From NCBI RefSeq assembly GCF_000143415.4, contig NW_003314322.1:942067-1006066 (forward strand): a DNA stretch of 64,000 bases, written 5' to 3'. Origin of the DNA: Selaginella moellendorffii. Its lineage: Eukaryota > Plantae > Lycopodiophyta. Under the pieces are notes generated by a model, which ran no database searches, was not told where the DNA came from, and worked only from the letters and a program-made list of their open reading frames with translations. Shown piece after piece: positions 60,925 to 64,000 of this stretch (positions are counted from its first letter, which is position 1; every line of letters begins with the position of its first letter). A program made the translations under genes and the position numbers.

Positions 60925-61277
60925 ATGAGGAAATATTTTTCAGTAGTTTTCTATTTATCTTATCTGGTAAACCAAGCATGAGTGATGGATATAAATGGAG
61001 ATGTTTACCTTATTCTTTAAAAGATGCTAAAGAAGAGATTTGTAGATGTCAAGATGATATTTTCCATGCCCTTAATCAAAATCGCACTGGAAGAATATCT
61101 TTTATCCATGGTTTTGTAAGAGTAACTGCTTATATTGGGATACATAGTAGTGAAACTCCAAATGACTTAAATGAAGCTTTGAACATAATATGGGATAAAT
61201 GTATAACACCATTTAATAAAGGTGGAGGTGTATATCTGAATAATGGGTCACTCAATGTGAGAATTGAGGCAACATGA
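60925..61277 (+). pseudogene. Small Cys-containing secreted protein with an apparent 1-nt frameshift in the signal peptide
   Basis: 99-codon ORF at 60978-61277 in AT-rich DNA. An ATG at 60925 lies 53 nt upstream; one extra T in GTTTT gives MRKYFSVVFLFILSGKPSMS-DGYKWRC. TATAAA at about 60872. Confidence 0.5.
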
Positions 61278-61838
61278 ACTGAGTTATCTCTAGAGGTTTC
61301 AGCAAATTATACATTTACCAAATTAAATTGCTATTGAAATATATTAAATAAATATAACTTAAATCAAAAAAATTATAAGAAAATTTATCAGTATAATCTA
61401 ATTTAAATTATCCATATTTATCCTTATCATATACAGGGCCAAGTGTACGGCTACGATGCCGTATACTAATATTAGCATAGTGGGATTTTGGTAGCCGTCG
61501 GATTAGTTTCAATCCGGACCACTCGCTCCTGTATATAAGCTAGGGTTTTTGGGCTAATTGATATGCACATTTCTGTATTCCCTTTCCATATTCCATGCAC
61601 TCACATTGGTGGAGTAGAGGGGCACCTTTGATTGTCCTTGAGGAGTGCTTAAATTTGGGATTTTGGTTTAGATCTAGCTTTTGCATCGTCTAAATCTAGC
61701 TTTTTCCATTTCCTTTCTTTTGTTTTTTCTTTTCAGGATTTTGGTTTAGATCTAGCTTTTTGCATTGTCTAGATCTACCATTTCTTTCCAGCTTTTTGTC
61801 ATTTCTCATCTTTTGCTCTTTCTTTTTCATTCATCTTC

Positions 61839-62771
61839 ATGGCCGATCCGCAATCTCCTCCTTTGACTCTAGAGCAGCAGTTGGTTCAATTGCTTGATGC
61901 TATGCGCTTGCAATTGAACAACCAAACTCAGTTGATGGCGGTGTTCATGACACATGGTACAACTCCTCCTGCTCTTGGTGCCAATCCTCGCGTTCGGCCG
62001 GAGTTCTTTTGTGGGAATCTTGGGGATGATGTGTACTATTGGTTCGATCACTTCACGGTGATTGCCACATATCATTCTTGGGATGATGCTCGACGTTTGC
62101 GTGAGTTCCCCACATGTCTCCAAGGGACGGCATTGCAGTGGTACAATGGATTGAGCGCGGCCACTCGTGGCGATTGGAGTGTTCTTCCGGACGTCTTCAA
62201 ACACGCCTTCGGACATGCTGACAATTGTGATGATGCCTTCCAACAATTGCATCGTCTTCGCCAAAGGCCATCTGAGTCAGTGATGCAATTTGGCGTTCGT
62301 TTCCGAAGTCTTTTGCTTCGTGCGGAGCCAAATATGTCAGAGCGGATCAAGTTAGGAATGTTGTGGCCAGCACTTCGTCAAGATCTTGTCGGACTTGTGC
62401 ATGCACTTGCTCCTGCCACTCTTGACGATGCTCTTCGATTGGCACAACTTTATGAGACGTCGCCTCTTCCACTTCTTGCTACACGTCCTTCAGCTCCACT
62501 TCCTATGAGTGATGGTCCTGTCCCCATGGAGATTGATGCTGCTGCTACTCGAGTCCAAGGACAAGGGCGAGGATGTGGTCGTGGCTGTGATGTTCGTTGC
62601 TGGGCGTGTGATGAAGTTGGTCATACTTATCAGTGTTGTCGGTGCTTTCCGGATTGGCGACCTCCATTTCCTGGGTGGAGACCTTGGCGTCAGCAACGTC
62701 CCGTTGGTGCTGCTGCGGTGGAAGGTTTGGATACCGAGGTGCATTCGGGAAACGAGGAGTCGTGCGAGTAA
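61839..62771 (+). CDS. gag: Retrotransposon Gag
   Basis: PEFFCG...WF..F; LQGTALQWY; LRQRPSESV; VPMEID; zinc knuckle CWACDEVGHTYQCC. Confidence 0.92.
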   Translation: MADPQSPPLTLEQQLVQLLDAMRLQLNNQTQLMAVFMTHGTTPPALGANPRVRPEFFCGNLGDDVYYWFDHFTVIATYHSWDDARRLREFPTCLQGTALQWYNGLSAATRGDWSVLPDVFKHAFGHADNCDDAFQQLHRLRQRPSESVMQFGVRFRSLLLRAEPNMSERIKLGMLWPALRQDLVGLVHALAPATLDDALRLAQLYETSPLPLLATRPSAPLPMSDGPVPMEIDAAATRVQGQGRGCGRGCDVRCWACDEVGHTYQCCRCFPDWRPPFPGWRPWRQQRPVGAAAVEGLDTEVHSGNEESCE

Positions 62772-62808
62772 TGGAGGGACCTTGCGTGAATAAGTTAGTG
62801 ACCCCTCT
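62747..62808 (+). promoter_or_regulatory. Predicted -1 ribosomal frameshift signal (G GGA AAC plus pseudoknot)
   Basis: In-phase slippery heptamer at 62747-62753. Stem 62760-62768 pairs with 62781-62789 (with G-U pairs); loop GAGGG pairs with CCCTC at about 62803-62807. Confidence 0.75.
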
Positions 62809-64000
62809 ATCTTTCTTTCGGGAGTATCATCAAGGGGTTCACTCGGCACCGGTTCATCCAGTGTTTACTTTCCAAGCTCGTTTTTATAACAAGAGGTCTC
62901 CTATTCTTCTCTCCGTGTTGGTTGATACAGGTTCGAGTTTATCTTCTATTGCTCGACCTGTTGCTACACGTTGTCGTCTACACTTGCATCGTGCCGCAGA
63001 TCCAGTTTTCATTCTTTATGGCAACGGCCGTACACATGCATGTGCACGAGATGAGGTGGACCTGGTTGTGCGTGTGGGCGATTTCGAGCTTGAGTTGCAG
63101 TCGTTGCGGGTGGTGCCGAGTCAAGCTTTTGACCTCATTCTTGGTATGGATTGGTTGCAGCGCTATCATGCCAAGTGTGACTTTGAGGCTTCTCCCCCTT
63201 GTCTCATACTTCCTTATGTTTCATCCATTCCTCTCACTTCCGTACTTCTTCGTCCCTCTACTTTTACCTCTGCTTCCATTACTTTTGTTCCCCCACTATT
63301 TCCTCTTGTATCTCCATCTTGTTCTGCTCTTCCCTTTTCCGATCCCTCCAATGATCTTTGTGTTGCAGCTGTTGACCAGCTCATGAAGGAGTATTCTGAT
63401 CTCTTTGACTTTGACCTATCGTCTGGGGCCAAGATTGCCACACGTCATCCCATTCCAACCGGGGATGCTCGTCCAATCAAGGTTCCTGTTCGTCGTCGGT
63501 CACTCAAGGAGATCAAGATTTTACGTGCAAACGTCAAGGAGATGTTGGAGAAGGGTGTTATTCGGAAGTCACGGAGTCCTTGGGCATGTGAACCTCATCT
63601 TGTAACGAAGCCTGATGGGAGTATTCATTTCTGCATCGACTATCGTCCATTAAATGAAGTGATGATCCCGGACGTGTACCCTCTTCCTCACACTGCTGAT
63701 CTCTTGGATCGTCTGGGGCGAAATCGTTGGTTCACCAAGCTAGATCTTGCTTCTGGGTATTGGCAAGTACCGATGGCCGAAGAAGATATTCCTAAGACTG
63801 CTTTTCGTACACCATTTGGTTTGTACGAGTTCTTGGTGATGCCGTTTGGTTTGAACAATGCTCCAGCAACTTTTCAGCGGATGATGGACGAGGTTCTTTG
63901 CGATATGCCGGAGGTGATGGCTGACTTCATTGATGATGTCTTGATCCACTCGGAGGGGACGTGGGAGGAGCACGTTCGTGATGTTTGTAAAGTGTTGGAT
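62771..64000 (+). CDS. pol: Retrotransposon Pol (protease plus reverse transcriptase, partial), -1 frame relative to gag
   Basis: Open to the window end by manual translation: LVDTGSS; ILGMDWL; FCIDYRPLN; LDLASGYWQV; KTAFRT; MPFGL.NAPATFQRMM; FIDDVLIHS. Confidence 0.93.
   Translation, partial: MEGPCVNKLVTPLSFFREYHQGVHSAPVHPVFTFQARFYNKRSPILLSVLVDTGSSLSSIARPVATRCRLHLHRAADPVFILYGNGRTHACARDEVDLVVRVGDFELELQSLRVVPSQAFDLILGMDWLQRYHAKCDFEASPPCLILPYVSSIPLTSVLLRPSTFTSASITFVPPLFPLVSPSCSALPFSDPSNDLCVAAVDQLMKEYSDLFDFDLSSGAKIATRHPIPTGDARPIKVPVRRRSLKEIKILRANVKEMLEKGVIRKSRSPWACEPHLVTKPDGSIHFCIDYRPLNEVMIPDVYPLPHTADLLDRLGRNRWFTKLDLASGYWQVPMAEEDIPKTAFRTPFGLYEFLVMPFGLNNAPATFQRMMDEVLCDMPEVMADFIDDVLIHSEGTWEEHVRDVCKVLD

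Larger units (their letters stand above)
61430..64000 (+). mobile_element. Young Ty3/gypsy LTR retrotransposon (5' part; runs off the window)
   Basis: Short 5' LTR about 61430-61605 ending CTCACA. PBS-like TGGTGGAGTAGAGGGG at 61607 (tRNA-Ala-like). Intact gag and open pol. Confidence 0.95.

Overview
Eukaryotic nuclear DNA from a compact land-plant genome. The 50-90 bp introns, GC-rich exons, intergenic gaps often under 200 bp and a PLS-class PPR gene resemble the lycophyte Selaginella; that identification is an inference. Roughly 1-30 kb is mostly transposon material: a TRIM mini-retrotransposon, and an old Ty3/gypsy element carrying a nested, young non-autonomous LTR element with minisatellite-filled LTRs, an internal tandem duplication and an inversion. 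This half also holds two genes of a fungal/Crinkler-like nuclease-fold plus kinase family. Roughly 30.8-61.3 kb is gene dense: RAD9, a UGT, SINAT, plastid RPS20, MPB2C, tRNA-Lys(CUU), profilin, an AG-peptide, SelO, KEA, a small HSP and a PPR. The standout is a cluster at 38.7-48.3 kb. It contains two signal-peptide PP2C phosphatases, an intact 8-exon signal-peptide Ser/Thr kinase, a secreted aspartic protease and a PhoD-like phosphatase. It looks like a fissioned PP2C-kinase fusion gene and may be a secretory-pathway phosphorylation writer/eraser module. The window ends in a young gypsy element whose gag-pol junction has a GGGAAAC slippery site followed by a predicted pseudoknot. All gene models and family calls were made by eye with no database searches, so exon edges may be off by a few bases.
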